This document shows positions 46,721 to 60,641 of a stretch of 64,000 nucleotides of DNA, piece by piece. The translations under genes and the position numbers were made by a program. Source of the DNA: Takakia lepidozioides. Its lineage: Eukaryota > Plantae > Bryophyta. Positions within the stretch are counted from its first letter, which is position 1. Each line of letters begins with the position of its first letter. The DNA lies in NCBI GenBank assembly GCA_030704615.1, contig CM060731.1, positions 15,748,001 to 15,812,000 on the forward strand, written 5' to 3'. The notes under the pieces were generated by a model. The model was not told the DNA's origin. It saw only the letters and a list, made by a program, of their open reading frames with translations, and made no database searches.

Positions 46721-49700
46721 AAGCATGGCATTGCGTTCTCGAACTAATCGGCCCTCCCTCCAGAATGTGAGATTAGCGCGTGGAAGCAGGACAGAGTTAT
46801 CAGAAAGGAGTCAGGAACATTGTGGATTATATCATAGTAGACAAGAATTTGTTCCCCCAGAGTGCCGATGTGTTGATCGACAGAACTGATATTGGATCCC
46901 TGACCACTTCCTGGTTTGGACTGAGATCAAAAGGTATTTTCCCATGACCAAAAAATCTGTTAAATGTTCGGTAAGTGGCGCCAAAAGGCAAGGTACTGAT
47001 AGCGTCTCAAACCATACTATGCAGTGGATGTTACTTATCTTACAGAAAAGGCTGGTAAGAGTTTCTACTCTTGACACTGTCGTGCACTGGGTCATGCAGC
47101 TGTCATCAGTGATCCAGTGGGGGACTCCAAGTGGATCCCTTCAGACAACTGGTGTGATGTACTGGCATGGGGGAGGCCATCATGGATGGCCTCAAGGGTT
47201 TACCCACCCTTGGCACTAGACTGGAATTTAAACTCAGGGCGGGATTCATTGTCCAGGGTACTCTCACGAGAGAGACACCCTCTTCAAATCCATCAAGGGA
47301 ATGGTGTCTGAACCTCTGTTTACCAACTTTGACAGTCTCGAGCCTGAGCCAAAAGCCCAGGCTCTTTTGGGGCCTAGTTATTGGGCAAATCACACACAGC
47401 AGATTGATGTTTGTGTGAAGGGATTTCTAGAGGATATCTGCCAAACTTGAACAGAGAGTTCTCTCTAGTGGCATGGTCATGAATCTATCTCTAATTAGAT
47501 AGCTAGAGACCTCTCAATCCTGTGCACAGTCCTTGGAGCTTCGTAATTGGAAGCTGGACATGACCTGCAGGAGACACTCCAAAGGCACCAGGCTCAGAGA
47601 AGAAGAGCAAGATGGATACACCAGCCAAGCCAAGTCATCCCTCTCCCCTTTTTACGCAGCAAACAAAATAATTGATTGGTATTGATAGGTCAGACTCCCG
47701 TGGTCTGACTATTCACCCTGGAGTAGAATTCCTTGAAGTCTAGTTAACCTGATCCAAAAAACTGAAGGTGACATGTTCCGATGAAAGGGACGCCAACAAC
47801 GACACCTCCCACCACCCCAGCCCCAGGGAAGAAGCTGGGGGAGCACAAGTGCACGGATTGTGACAAGTTAAGTATACTGACCTGCCTATGATTATACTAT
47901 GAGGCTGGCTTGTATAAATAAACATGTGGTCCTCCTGTCATAAGCTGTCAACTTTGAAATTCAGTGTCTATTGCGTGGGAAGGTTGCACTACCATGTGGG
48001 CATGAATTTCTTTGTCACCACTTGGATATGGAGGTCTTGTCATGCGGCAGGGTAGAGTGAGTCTTACCTATACAAATTGATCACATGGGGTGCGGTGAAG
48101 GCAGATCTAACCACCTTGAGAAAAGGTCAAAGATAATGTGGTGATCATCCAGATGAATGGATATCACTATGATCAAAGGCTTTCACCAAAGGTGTATTTG
48201 AAGTTCACATAAAGTGCAGGTCTTCCTTTTCAACCGACCCCCAAGCAGGCACCCTGGTTGGTTGCTGCTCCTGCCCCCAAAGTGCATGCAGTTCTTCTGG
48301 AGAGACTACAACCCTTGTTTCCAAACCTTAAGAAGCATCTCGACTCTGCAGTTCATCGACTTTGTTTAAGGAAACCCATCAACTACATTTTGTGAGAATT
48401 CGGCCAATTTACACAACTGAAGCATGCCCAGTTCTTTCAAAATGGAGTGGATAGCTCTCTTAGACACCCTCTGGGCCTAGACTGCTCTTCCCTGTGAATG
48501 TCATAAACTTCCTTTTTTGTTTTCATTCTCAGGCAGTAAATTACTCTCTGTATGCTGATTGAACAGAACCACGTGCGAGGCATGAGCCGAGCCTCTCCCC
48601 CCCCCCCCCCCCCGACATGGAATGAGCATGGCCCGTGCGAGATCAGGGTGGCACATCACTGTTTCCTCGGTCTTGGAGGGTGCACCATGATCCCTGTCAT
48701 TCACTCCTGGAAGTCTTTTGTCTATACAATTGTGTTGCACTGGACTTGCAAGACCTGGAAATCAAATTTAACGAGATTGAATGAATTGATATTACTATGG
48801 TATTTACATTTGCCGCCCCTTTTCCTGTCCTCTCCTCTTCTCTCTCCTCTTCTCTTGACATTGGATGTGGGTTGACATAGAGTTGACTAAGATTTCAGTA
48901 TACAACTGAGGGGCGGCAGGTTGTTCATCAGGCACATTCCAGGATTTCATTTGGTGGCAGTTCGAGTTCTTCAAATTCAAGGCTGCCTGAGAGGAGATTT
49001 CGTTTCCTTCTCTCACTCTCATCAAATTCTCCCCTTTCCCAATACCACGCAATCCTCACATGCTTATCCGCTTCTGCTGTCGCCCTCCGTTAAAACTACA
49101 TTGAAAATGTCTGCCCTTATCTGGTGCCCCATACAATTATTGCCTTATCAGAATTAGTGCTCCATCTCCCATCAACCCGCAGGTCTCTAGATGGATTTTG
49201 TTTCTTAGATTTTGGTCCTTATGTAGAAGTCGATTGCACCCGCCTCTCCCTTCCATCTCATCCCATCTCATCTCTATCAGCATTTATTCTCTATTCCGCA
49301 AACCACAGAGCTGTGAATCCTTGGCCACTACTAATCTTTTCTATTTGCTACCACTCGAATCCTTTGAATCCATCTCCATGATATTTTTCACCAAGCCCAT
49401 GAGAGGTCTGCTTCAGTTGGATTGGCCTCTGTAGACTTTACACAGATTTCCCTTGATGGATACTGAGGTGCACAGATATGCTGTTTGTGATTGAAGGCCT
49501 CCTAACTGCCACAGTTAGTGAGTCTCTCAGATGTGGGGCCATGTTTGAAGTTCAAATTTTCTCAGTCTTCACAGCGGATGTACAGTTGAAGGCTTTTACT
49601 AAGTTAGCCTATCCATTGTGGATAATAATATTGTTTAGATCTGTATTTGCCCAAGACAAGCTGTCAGCTCTGGATATTGGGTGGCAACTTCAAGGGGATA

Positions 49701-50109
49701 CCTCTAATGACAGTCTTCTGGCTGCTATCTCTATTTTCAATCTTCACAGAAAATTGGACAGCATCCTAGCCCCTGTGGAGCTCAGTCCAAACCTAATGAT
49801 TGGTCTGGTCCGTAACATTATAGCTCTGGACACTGAACATCACTTACATAACAAAAAAAGGTAACCTACAATGATGGCCACTGAGTGTATAGCATTCAAA
49901 GAAAACAGGGATGCCAATTTGCTGTTCTTTGCATCTGAGGAGATGGAGGTGGAGAGACTTGAGTGTCCCATCGAAACCTTGTAAGCCCTGAATAGTGGGG
50001 ATTCCTCAGACGCTGAGTGAAAGAAAGTGAAAACGATCCAAACCAAAGTGAGAATTAGCCACCATCTAATTCAAGGATGAGGTACAACTGTGGTGAATTA
50101 AGCACGTAC

Positions 50110-50257
50110 TTGATCTCCGTTAGCAAGCTGGCCCCAATATACACACCCGAAGCCTCCTTCCCCCAGCTTGTTGTCATAGTTGAAGTTGTTTGTGGCTGCA
50201 TGTAGCTCTCTCAATGAAAATATGCGCCATGTGCTTCTCTTCTTCCCTTCAGCTGGC
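50110..50257 (-). pseudogene. Isolated receptor-like (cytoplasmic) kinase exon covering subdomain I
   Basis: [49 protein letters not shown], bounded by AG and GT; downstream kinase exons not found. Confidence 0.8.
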
Positions 50258-50691
50258 CTACATACAGGACCACATTTGCATAGACAAAGGCTCAGTTAGT
50301 GAAAAGTAAGAGTTCTCAGGTCACAGAGGAAAGTGGCAGAGTTCAGACTTAAGAGATTTAATAAACCACTACATGATCCTTTTTGGAGATGGACTAATAC
50401 TGGACTGATCAGGAAAAAGAATGGGTTGACAAATTTGGACACCACGGCCAGCACAAGGCGAGGTTTTCAGCTCATTATTGGTGAAGCACACCAATCAATG
50501 CAGAGGCCTGTCAGTGCGAGGCCCACATTCCACTGGCTATCTGAATGTGGGTTGATTACAGCCAGCCTTGAAATTTTACGGCCCGTCCAAAGCTCGGGTC
50601 TTCAGCTTAAGTTCCATCTCTGTCAACTGGATTGCATGTCCTACCCCTTGTAATAACATTGAGAAGACTTTGAACATTTGGGATCCTGGGC

Positions 50692-50860
50692 CAGGTCACC
50701 AGGTTCAAGTGCGGGAGATCCACCGTTGGGTTTGGAATGAGACATTTGTTGTGGGATGGCCCTGGAGCTATTGATTTCCTCACCAACTTGACAACATTTG
50801 CCAAAGGTGGGGAGCTGATTTCGGTTCTCCAGCCTGACCGAACAATGTGCAAACCTTTAT
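50692..50860 (+). pseudogene. BAHD acyltransferase fragment
   Basis: QVTRFKCGRSTVGFGMRHLLWDGPGAIDFL with the HxxxDG motif. Confidence 0.75.
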
Positions 50861-51663
50861 GCAGAAGGATCCTCAGCAGCATGAGCTGGCTGTTATTCTA
50901 TGTAAGTACATGGAAGATATCAGAACTTGCATACTACAATTACACATGACGATCTTTCTTTACACTCGGATTTTTGGTGAGCTAAAAGACAACTACTATC
51001 ATGATGTGAAACTGGAGAATCTGCTACACGTTGCAGGTACTTTGTAGAGGGGTCTAATTCGGCTCTGATATACTCAATCTCTGTATGTAGACATCATTTT
51101 TATTTTCTGTTTTTAGGGTTGTTTGTCTTTATCTTCACTTCTTTATCTTGTGTAGCTTTAACTGTCATACAGGGATAAGACCGCAATCACAGAATGTTAA
51201 TTGACAACAGGCCTATGCAGGTTTCAGCACAGAAAGTTACTGAAGCCTTTCTTTCTTGCACTCGTGAAAGAAAGGGTCAAATGTCTCTCAGGTCAGATGA
51301 TATGAATCAGAAAGTGAATATTGTCTTCAGGTTGCTCACACAAAGGACATTTGCAATCCCTTTTCTTCTCTCTGTCTGTTTGTCGCCCAAAGGTAGGCTT
51401 CCTGCCGTGAGTTTTAATTTAGTCTAGTGCCGAGGGTGTGAAAGGGCAAATCAAGTGATGCGCCCCTAGGCTCATCACTCGCCAGTGGGAAGAAAAGAAA
51501 GAAGCGATCCTGAACATTTGGTCTCAGAAATCCCTCGCAAGTCCAACATTCCATTTTGCAAGGCACTTTTGACAATTGCCCTTATTTGATGAAGGGCATC
51601 AAAACTCACCACGGATGCAAACTACACCTAAACCACGTCTATGACTGTAAAAAAGTGTAGTAC

Positions 51664-52133
51664 CTGATGCATGATCATGAGAGGGAGGCTTTGGAGATCT
51701 CTTCCGCTTCCAACAAGCTAGCAAGCATAGGATGCCAATAATTGCAACCCCAGCTGCAACAACAGCCGCAACAGCACCCAAAATCTTCGCAAGGGAACTA
51801 TGATGATGGGAATCTTTCCTTCTTTCCTCTGTCACATACACTCACCCACCCACTTTGAAATGATGAAATCTGTGCAGTGCCCAAAATTCTGATGATGGAG
51901 GTGGGAACAACAGGAGCTGAACCAATTCTCCTATTGTTTGCCAAAAGCCCAGAGTCATGGCAACGGATTATCTTTGGTCCCAGACTGCTTGGGTGAAGAG
52001 TTTCACTCGAGTCTTTGAAAGTCGCCGTCTCTCTGCGAGGTTCCGTTACAACCAAACACACAAAAATGACGACGATGACGTGGCTGACGACGACGACGTG
52101 GCTACTATGACGTGCGACGAAACGTGGCGACAA
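51664..52133 (-). pseudogene. 5' exon of a single-pass membrane (RLK-like) gene with an apparent frameshift
   Basis: Hydrophobic N-terminus VVVVSHVIVVIFVCLVV; in another frame, TM segment ILGAVAAVVAAGVAIIGILCLLAC followed by WKRKR; GT donor at 51663. Confidence 0.5.
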
Positions 52134-52329
52134 AACGTGGCACTAGGGCACCCTATTCCCGCTTAGACTCCGAGCTTCAGCCGTCGCTAGAAGAGGGCCG
52201 AGATAGTCGGATGGGGATATTACCAAGATTCGACCCTGAAACTCGATTCTATATATTATTATATATATTTATGCTTCTAGAAACTTTTTTTGTTTTTTGA
52301 AAAAAAGAGGGGTCCCTGATTCTTATATA

Positions 52330-52694
52330 GTGCGTGGATCAAGTTGCACAGCAGCAGTGTGTACTCATACGGTAGCCTCTCCTTTGCTTTGAGACTCTGT
52401 GTCCCCAATTTGCTATGGCGATCAGCGTAGCAACATGCATGCAGACTCTGACAACGATCAGGTCATCAGCTTCTTCCGTGGCAATCTGCGTAGCAACATG
52501 AATGCAGGCTCAGGTGTTGAATTCAGCTATGATCTTGCTTAAAAGTTACATTTACAATAGTCTTGTGGCAAGCAGGGATGCGCAGGAGGCCACTGGGTTC
52601 CTGAGGGTGGGGAAGATGATTGTTTCATTTATGAGTAAAGCCCTCCCGGGGGACTGGAAGGGGACAGTTATATGACTCCCCCACCTGTATCAGA
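52330..52694 (+). pseudogene. Third inverted F-box pseudocopy
   Basis: Near-identical to 1316-1440 and 1610-1768; central fold-back region rearranged. Confidence 0.8.
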
Positions 52695-52756
52695 GAAAAC
52701 GGCACCAGAATGGCATCCTTGGTTGTCTCCCATCTTTGGGGGAAGGCCTGGTTCCG

Positions 52757-53000
52757 TTTCTCCAACAATATCTCCGATAAGATCTCCGAGGTGCTAGGGT
52801 CCGTCCCTAGCATACACAGTCTCGGAGGTACTTGCGGCTTCCTGCATGTCTGATGCAGGTGGGAGAGTCATAACTCTCCCCCTTCCAGTCCCCCAGACCG
52901 GTTTTATTCATAAATGAAACCATCATCTTCCCCAACCTCCTGAACCCAGTGGCCTCCCGCGCATCCCTGCTTGCCACAAGACTGTAGTAACCAAGGAAAA
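52757..53000 (-). pseudogene. Internally deleted F-box family copy (F-box motif removed)
   Basis: YYSLVASRDAREATGFRRLGKMMVSFMNKTGLGDWKG, joined almost directly to the upstream region. Confidence 0.8.
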
Positions 53001-56000
53001 AGTTGCTAGAACGAGAGACTACCGAATGAGTACACAATGCTGCACCTACAAATCCCGATCTCAGAAGAGCGGCAGATGACAAACAAAGCGCTCCGGGGAG
53101 AGAGAGACACAGATCCAAAGAGCTGCCGTTCAATTTAAGCAACTGGCTCATTCGAATATTCGAAAAAACGCTGCGAATTTTACATGAGTCACTGGGGGTT
53201 CATAGATCTGTCCTGGATTTGAAAATACTCTTCCTCAGTCACCTCCTGAGCAACACTGAAATTTTGTTCAAAGCTTAAAAATTAGTCCTGCTGTTGTGGA
53301 TTAGTGGCTTGTAGATTGGAATAATTCATGCGCATGAAAGGAGGGTCTAAGTGTAGCAACTTCAAAATGCTTGAAGAGTCAGCGTGGGATAACTCTTATG
53401 TTTGTCAGCGCGTCAAATTCTCAACGAAGTTTTTTGGAAAGACGCATGTAATTCATGTACATAGATTTCACACACAAATTACTGGCTTGTAATTTCAAAG
53501 ATTACAGACATAGGCTGCCACAGATCATCAGTCACTCAATGGGCTTCCGACAGCACTTGACAAGTTTTGAAGAGCTCATTTTTTATTTGGAGTGGATAAG
53601 GTTTTTATTGTGCGTTGACCATGGTTGAGCTAATCTCAAATTGTAGGAAGTTAGAGGTCTCTATCCAAACTGCATGCAAAGAAAATAGATTCCCCCACCT
53701 GCCCGGTTGCCTCTAGTTTATTTTATGAAATCGCACTCCGAAATTGGACAAGACGGAAGTTGGAGGTCTCTATCCAACAAAGAAAATAGATTCCCTAACC
53801 TGCCCAGTTGCCTCTAGTAAATTTTATAGAATTGCTAGAAAATTGCATTCCGAAATTGGACAAGACCCGACTTATGAACGGACATTTGAGATGAATCATT
53901 GATGTGGCAGGGTCTCCACGGCTTCCCACTAAATATCAGAGTCATTGTCTCCCATCTTACCAACCCGGTACGGTCACATCCCCCAGTGGAGCACCCAGCC
54001 ACTCCGCCCATTGAATATTTGAGGACCCTACAGAGGACCTATCACAAGTGTTAAAATACTGTGGTGGTGTTCCCTTCCCTGCGATAGATGGTGCTTCTTG
54101 CAGGAGTTTGACCTGTCCTTGGTTATTTAAATATGGAACTATGTATTTTAAAAGAAGCTGACGTCTCAACAGCAGTTACAGTAGCCAAGGAAGAAGTAGG
54201 GAAGAAGTATGGAGCGGAATCAAAAAGTATTGAGGTCTCACTTCATCCCCAAGGGGTAGCCTTTCCTTTTGGAAGGGGGACAGCAGTTAGGGTAGTTGTT
54301 AATTATTAGAGAGATCAATTTCAAGGGGTCCTCCACCCTCTAAAATCTCAATAACTCACTAGCGGATCTGTCTTCAACTGCAAAGTGAGAGAGAAAAATA
54401 AAACTGGGGATGAAGGCCTTGGAAATGCATTGAAAGGGACTTGGAAGAAATAGCCAAGTGAGGCCTTAGAGTGCGGATAGCACCCTTTAACCAAGATTAT
54501 CATGTTGTGGGATCCAGAAATGCTTGAGCATTAAGTTCTAAACATTTGTGACCAGGCCATATGCAGGAAAATCTTAAGGAAATACTCAGTTAAACCATAT
54601 ATTTATATTTATACCAACAGTCAGTACCTCAGTTGGATATTTCAGTTAACTGGGGTCAGATCCTGGCCACCCAGATAATTCTGGGGTCAGATCCTGCTAC
54701 TTTGATGGGTGTGGTATACTCTTCTCCCCCTACCCTGGGCGGTGTCCCATTTCTCAAAATTACAAATTTGTTTGAAATTGTAATTTACAGAGAGACCAGC
54801 CTTTCAGCGAATATGACTGGTATCTGGTAATACAAAGAAACATTCTGCTGGCCATATGTATCCCGCGGTGGACAATAGAAGGGTTGATGCATTAATGTAC
54901 CTGCCAAAAGAGAGAAACACAGTGTGTGAGAGAGAGAAATGAAATGAAATGGTGCTTTATAACGTCCGCGGACAGCTCATAGAGCTTATGGGACAAAATG
55001 GAAAGAAAAACATGAGAGAAAACAGGAAACCAGAGTCAGAGAAAAGAGTGAGAGAGAGAGAATGTACTCCCAAGACCTTGTTTGCCATAGCCTTGTGGCC
55101 ATAGACCCTGGTTCAGTTTTGGCGGAACAAGAGGGAACAGATACTACCTTTCTGAGGGCTCACTCCAGTAGTGGGACTAAGCTTGGAATAACCAATTGGT
55201 TTGGGCTTTCCAGATTTCCCCTATAAATCCCTTGTCACAAGCATCAATGTGTGAGCTGCCCAGCAATTAGACCCCAACAGGGCCAGGGCTCGGCCTCAAG
55301 ATTTTGAAAGTTTGTTAACAGAGGTGCAGGGACTATGTTCTTGATGGTCCTGAAGAGGGGTCACTCTCTGATGAGAATACCCCGGACAACGTATCAGAAA
55401 ATGCATATTGCCCACACATTGGCCTTGCCAATCTCCTTTTCCTCTCTGCATCTGTTTATTGTACTCCCCCCCCCCCCCCCCCCGAGTTTAAAATTTAGTC
55501 CAGTGCCGAAGGTAGGCATCCGTATGGAATGTACTCATAAGATGTTGTTTGCCGTAACCTTGCGGCCATGAACATCACACCCAGTTTGGGTGGAACACAG
55601 GGAGAGATCAAAAGACGCAGTAGCCTTGTGGGCATCGACCCTTCGCTCAAACTGAGCGGAACACAAAGGTACAGAAACTACCTTTGTCGGGGGCTGACAC
55701 TGGTACTATGTCTTACCTTGGAACAGAGAATTGATCCGAGTTTTCCAGATATCCTCTAGAAATCCCTTTACACAAGCATCAATCTGCTGTGTGTGATTTG
55801 CCCAATAACCAGGCCCCAAAAGGGCCTCCAGGGCTTTTGGCTCAGCCTTGAGATCTTCAAAGTTGGAAAACAGAGGTACAGGAACAAATCCCTTGATGGA
55901 TTTGAAGAGGGTGTCTCTCTGGTGAGAGTACCCAGACAATGAATCAGAAAGTGGAACACCGGGAGAGAATGAACTTGATTGCCATAGCCTAGGAACACAG

Positions 56001-57632
56001 GGCGAGGGAGAGAGAGAGAGAGAGGACGTGTAGATGGGACACATGGCTAACCCCATCTCACCAACCGTGCTATAACTTGGCCAGCTCAAACCATTTCACC
56101 CTCCCTGTGGAGGCAGCCACCCGCCAACTTTTGGATTGTTGCTAACCGTTGGCCTAAAACAAATAGATAACAGCCACAAGAGTCTTCTGTGATACTATGT
56201 TTTCTTTTACGAGATGTGAAATGTTTTGAGGAGCACAGGTTTAGAAGAGACAGGTTCATTCTGCAGGAGCTAAACTGAGCAGGATCTTCATACAAAGCCT
56301 TGCACTGTCATCTGTCTCAACTCGACTCAACGAAACCAGACAACACTGCAATCAGCCAGAGAGGCTTGCTCCTCCTCAAAACACTCTCTTTGAGAAACTC
56401 AAATTTTGCATAAGTCCATACCCCTGAGCACAGATGCCATTGTAGAACCGCTGGACGCAATATTGATGATATTGTGGGTGCGGAAGCAGATACTGAAAAG
56501 TTTTGCACGGTTACGGGAGATAATCCTGGCAGACTATGATGGTGAGACTGGTCTTTGAAGGCCAAAATGATGGGGAAAAGAGAAGGAGAGATTGGATAAA
56601 TCCTTGTTCAGAAGACAGGTTTAAATGACATCCTCACAGCAGAAACTTTAGTTCAGCAGAGGGAGACAATGTTCCCTGACAGTGATCTCATGCCTGGTCA
56701 ACCAGCTTTTCAATTCCCTTTCATAACTGAGCTGCTATCTTCTAACTCTAGTTAGAGTTGGCAACATGCGGGCAAAGGTGCAAGAGCAAAAATATTTTCA
56801 GGAAAGGCAACACGGATTGTTGGCCACGGTTTGCATAGAGCCACGTTTCTTATTCCAGGAGTTGTGTTTTTGTTCTCGGATGTTAAATTATACCACTGAT
56901 AGACGATGTTGTTACTTTCAAGAGTGGCTTATTCTACCAGGTAGATGTATACACAGAATGAGAAACCTTGGGCTGACTTCTCCAGATTGCACCACATTTC
57001 TAGGACAGAAGGTCTAGAGGTCACGACTGCGGTGATGGAAATATTTGTGCAGCATACCTCTAGACCTCCAGCTGTGTATGTACAGCGCAGCTTAATGTGT
57101 CGCACACGGTCCTCGTCTCTTGGAAGGAAGGGACAAGGGACTCCATTTCCGCATTGATGAGGCAGGCTCCCTGGTCTTCACCCAAATTGTTTCTATCCAA
57201 TAAAGTGCCGAATGCCCTACTGGTGCCTTGGCCTTAAGAAGCTTCAATACCCATACCCACCATAAACCTAGGCACTGTTTGACTATATAAGGCATCTAAT
57301 TGGAGGAGAGAGGAGAGCTGAAAATGTGAATTCTGAGCCAGGCTGTTCAAAAGAGAAGGAATCCTACTCTCTCCACAGCTAGCTACTTTTTTAAAACTTA
57401 CAGGTAGCTCAAAGAGCAACAAAATCCTTGAAATTTGCAAATCTGCGTCTTGGAGCACTTAAAACAAATTCCGATTCCACGAAAATCACCCTCAAGGATG
57501 AGGTCCATAGACACAGATGATGGAACTGATCAACCAAAATACACTGCTCTCGGTCAGCATCCGACCCCATCAGTCATTAAGCAGAGGATTTCAAATCTCA
57601 AATCTGCAAGTATACTGGTCGGCTAGCTCCTT

Positions 57633-58763
57633 CTACAAATAAGTAGACCATGACTTCCCATCCAGCCAATCAAACATCTCACCCTTCTTCTCACTCGTCA
57701 CACAATGGAATGCATAGGCCACTTTGACCTCTTGTTCCACTGCCTTCAACCAGAACACATTGTCGATAGGCAGAACATCTAAATCCTCAACAAGCTTCAT
57801 TACGTCGTGTGGCGTTGAGTTTAGGAAACCTTTAAGATCCAAGTAGCCATTTTGCTGAAGTGCATAGAATATGTCTTGCGATAATTCCAAGGTCAACCCG
57901 GGGATACGCTCCGAGAAAAAACCTGGAGTGACGGACTTTGGATAGCACTTCGTGTCACTACAGGGCACCCCTTTACTATGCAGTGACTCCATATCATAAG
58001 TCACACTCCTCTCAGTTGCTGCGTCCCGGGGCATGTGGACGAACATAAGCGGTGGATAATCCCCGGCAGATAAAATTTGCAGTACATCAGCGTCCACGTT
58101 AGCGATCATGACGGCCATGGAGTACATCTTGAGGCGGAGAGCTAGAATGGAGTTAAACACGCCCCCTGCCGAGGATCCAACCGCAGACAGGGGAAGATAT
58201 CCTAGCCCATGACGCTGTCGCCAGGATGCGAGAATGGACATCACATTGCTGACATCAACATTGGATTCCAACTCAAACGTATAAGCATAGCCCACACTCT
58301 TGATGCCAATCACAGCGTACCCGCGGGCCAGAGCTTCCAGTACGATAGCGCGATGCTCAGGCAGCCCTATGCAGACGCGGCAGTTGGGGTGCCAATCGAA
58401 ATACTCGGTGGGCGTGGAGCCTGCACCATGCGAAATGAGAAGCACTGCCCTTGGGGTGGGCGGTATTTGCCATACCACATCGACACCCTCCATCACTTCC
58501 CAAGTGGGTGACATGCCCACCTGCAATGCTATACCTGCAGTCCCCAATGGAGCTGGCCGCTCGCTGGAGCTACTGTGGGAGTCGAGTTCGGTGGAGAGCT
58601 TCACATGACCCCAAGAACCCCATTCCACCGGGAGGCTGGACTCATCCCTTACAAAACTTCTTGCATTCGCGGATTGCTCTATAGTAGCACCAACAGGAGC
58701 GAGAGCAACAGTGAGAAGGAAACAATAACATGCAATCAAACGAAGCCATGCTCCCACTGTCAT
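57633..58763 (-). CDS. Secreted alpha/beta-hydrolase-fold protein (376 aa, intronless), conserved plant family of unknown function
   Basis: Long intact ATG ORF; signal peptide MTVGAWLRLIACYCFLLTVALAPVGA; VVWQIP...LLISHG, CRVCIGLPE, nucleophile elbow GSSAGG, FVHMPRD, YAFH. Confidence 0.88.
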   Translation of the reverse strand: MTVGAWLRLIACYCFLLTVALAPVGATIEQSANARSFVRDESSLPVEWGSWGHVKLSTELDSHSSSSERPAPLGTAGIALQVGMSPTWEVMEGVDVVWQIPPTPRAVLLISHGAGSTPTEYFDWHPNCRVCIGLPEHRAIVLEALARGYAVIGIKSVGYAYTFELESNVDVSNVMSILASWRQRHGLGYLPLSAVGSSAGGVFNSILALRLKMYSMAVMIANVDADVLQILSAGDYPPLMFVHMPRDAATERSVTYDMESLHSKGVPCSDTKCYPKSVTPGFFSERIPGLTLELSQDIFYALQQNGYLDLKGFLNSTPHDVMKLVEDLDVLPIDNVFWLKAVEQEVKVAYAFHCVTSEKKGEMFDWLDGKSWSTYL

Positions 58764-60641
58764 CTAGTTGGTCAAGGCGTTGCCGCAGTGAGCTTGAAAG
58801 CATCTACCTCAACAGCTCAGAAGCTGTTTAAGCCGACCCACTGGTGTCTCAACTCTCGGGACCCAACTGCTGCTCCCAGGTCAGCTAATCGCTCGCTCTA
58901 AGCAGCAGCTGCATCCATCTTCTTCAGTGCGCCATTGCAAAAGAAGACAGAAAGAGTGACACTGTTCACGCACGCATCTTCTCAATCACTCATCAATGCC
59001 ATCCGCGTTCTCTGAATTCAAATTCAGAATTGATGAGGGCGGGCTTTGCTCTATCACCTAAACCCAACATCCATCCACACCATAAGTTATATGCTGCATA
59101 TTATCATTGTGTGCGGTGACTGGTCTTTCTCCACCGACAGCCCAACATACTTACCCGAAGAGCCTCCTTCCATGTAGCATGTTCGAGCAGGCCCACGCAA
59201 GCAGCCCAGAGTATTGGCTCTATTCCCGAAAGATTTTGAAAATAAACGACACATCTGTCCGGGAGTGACTTGGCGGCGGGGCAGGGGCAGACCGCCCATT
59301 TTGGTCCGTTGCCTCCCTGGGCCGGGTACATGGAAGGACGCTCTAACGTGCACAATTGTGTGCAGCATGCAGAAATGCATGCATGATGAAAAGGGTCCGT
59401 GAGCTACAGTGAGACGTGAGACGCCTGTGCAGTACCTTCCTTCACCTGCAGTACCTTCTTTCGGAAATCTAATGGCATTGAACGTATGGAGATACTCCGT
59501 TGGATTTTCGAAGCAGGTCAATGTCGGTGTTCTCTGCAGCAGAAAGAACAGGGGCCACCAATGTTCTTTCTAACTCACGTCTTCCACCAAGAAATCCTCA
59601 CAGGAACTGCAGCAGAGATGCCAGAGCACTTCTGTTACTTCGCCAGACTCAACAGTTACTCCTGAAATCGAAGAACCCAGCCACCTCTTTGGGATCTGAG
59701 CCTTGGTCGCCAGGGACATCCCCGGCTGTGTCTGGCAGGCCCAGGGACTTTCAATATGGTCTCCCGATTTCTCTGGTGGGCCTGTGGACTTGGGCTCCAA
59801 TGCTGGATTTTCTCTTGCTGGAGTAATTTAGTGGAGCTCGACTCTGAGGGGTTCTGATCCGTATAGATTTGCTTCCTGGCAAGTGCTCCTTTTAGGGCTC
59901 CCTTAGTTTTCTATCCTTTGTTTTCTCCCATCTTCGGGGGAAGGCTTGGTTCTGCTTAGAACTGCGTTTTTCGGCTGTTTTGGATAGCATTGCTGCTCCT
60001 TTGCTTAATAGTGCGCTCTTACGTTCCTTCAATTTCTGAGCTCTCTTATGTGGGATGCTGCTGACTGATTCTTTCTCGATGGCTTCGGCCTTCACGGTGG
60101 TTGTTTCGTGAGCTTGCTGCTCAGTGCAGTGTGTAGTGCGGAGGTTTTAATTTTTTGAACCTCCTAAGAAAGTCTCACTTCCAAAACGAAAACTAAACAA
60201 AATCGAAGAGAAGATGAGGATAAATGAGAAGAGCAACCGAGGAAATATAGGGAGCATTCATGGAGGTAATTCTGCGAGAAATGGATAACCAATCAGGAAG
60301 GCAAATTGAGGCAACAGAGGGGCAACAGTAATCTGATTGCTCTTAATTCAAACAAAGTCTGTAGACCATCCCAGACAAAATGTGCTGTGATTAACTGGCA
60401 GTGAAGTATCCGTTGGACATCTTAAAGATTCAAGGCTGCCTCATTTTCGGATGAGGTCCATGGATACAGACAATGGAACTGATAAACCAAAATTGCACTA
60501 CTCTCGCAGTCGGCATCCTACCTCATTAGTCATTACGTAGAGGGCTACACATCTTAAATCTGCAAGTATACTGGTCGGTTACTTTCTCCTACAAATATGT
60601 AGACCAGGACTTCCCATCCAGCAGTGAAGTCTCCGCGAGTC

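Noticed and set aside
50110-52133. One intact receptor kinase gene joining the TM exon and the kinase exon
   Set aside because: The donor at 51663 is phase 1 and the acceptor at 50257 is phase 2, a BAHD fragment lies between them, and later kinase exons are not visible
59087-59826. Possible gene between the hydrolase and F-box genes
   Set aside because: GC-rich and exon-like, but no recognisable motif or consistent frame
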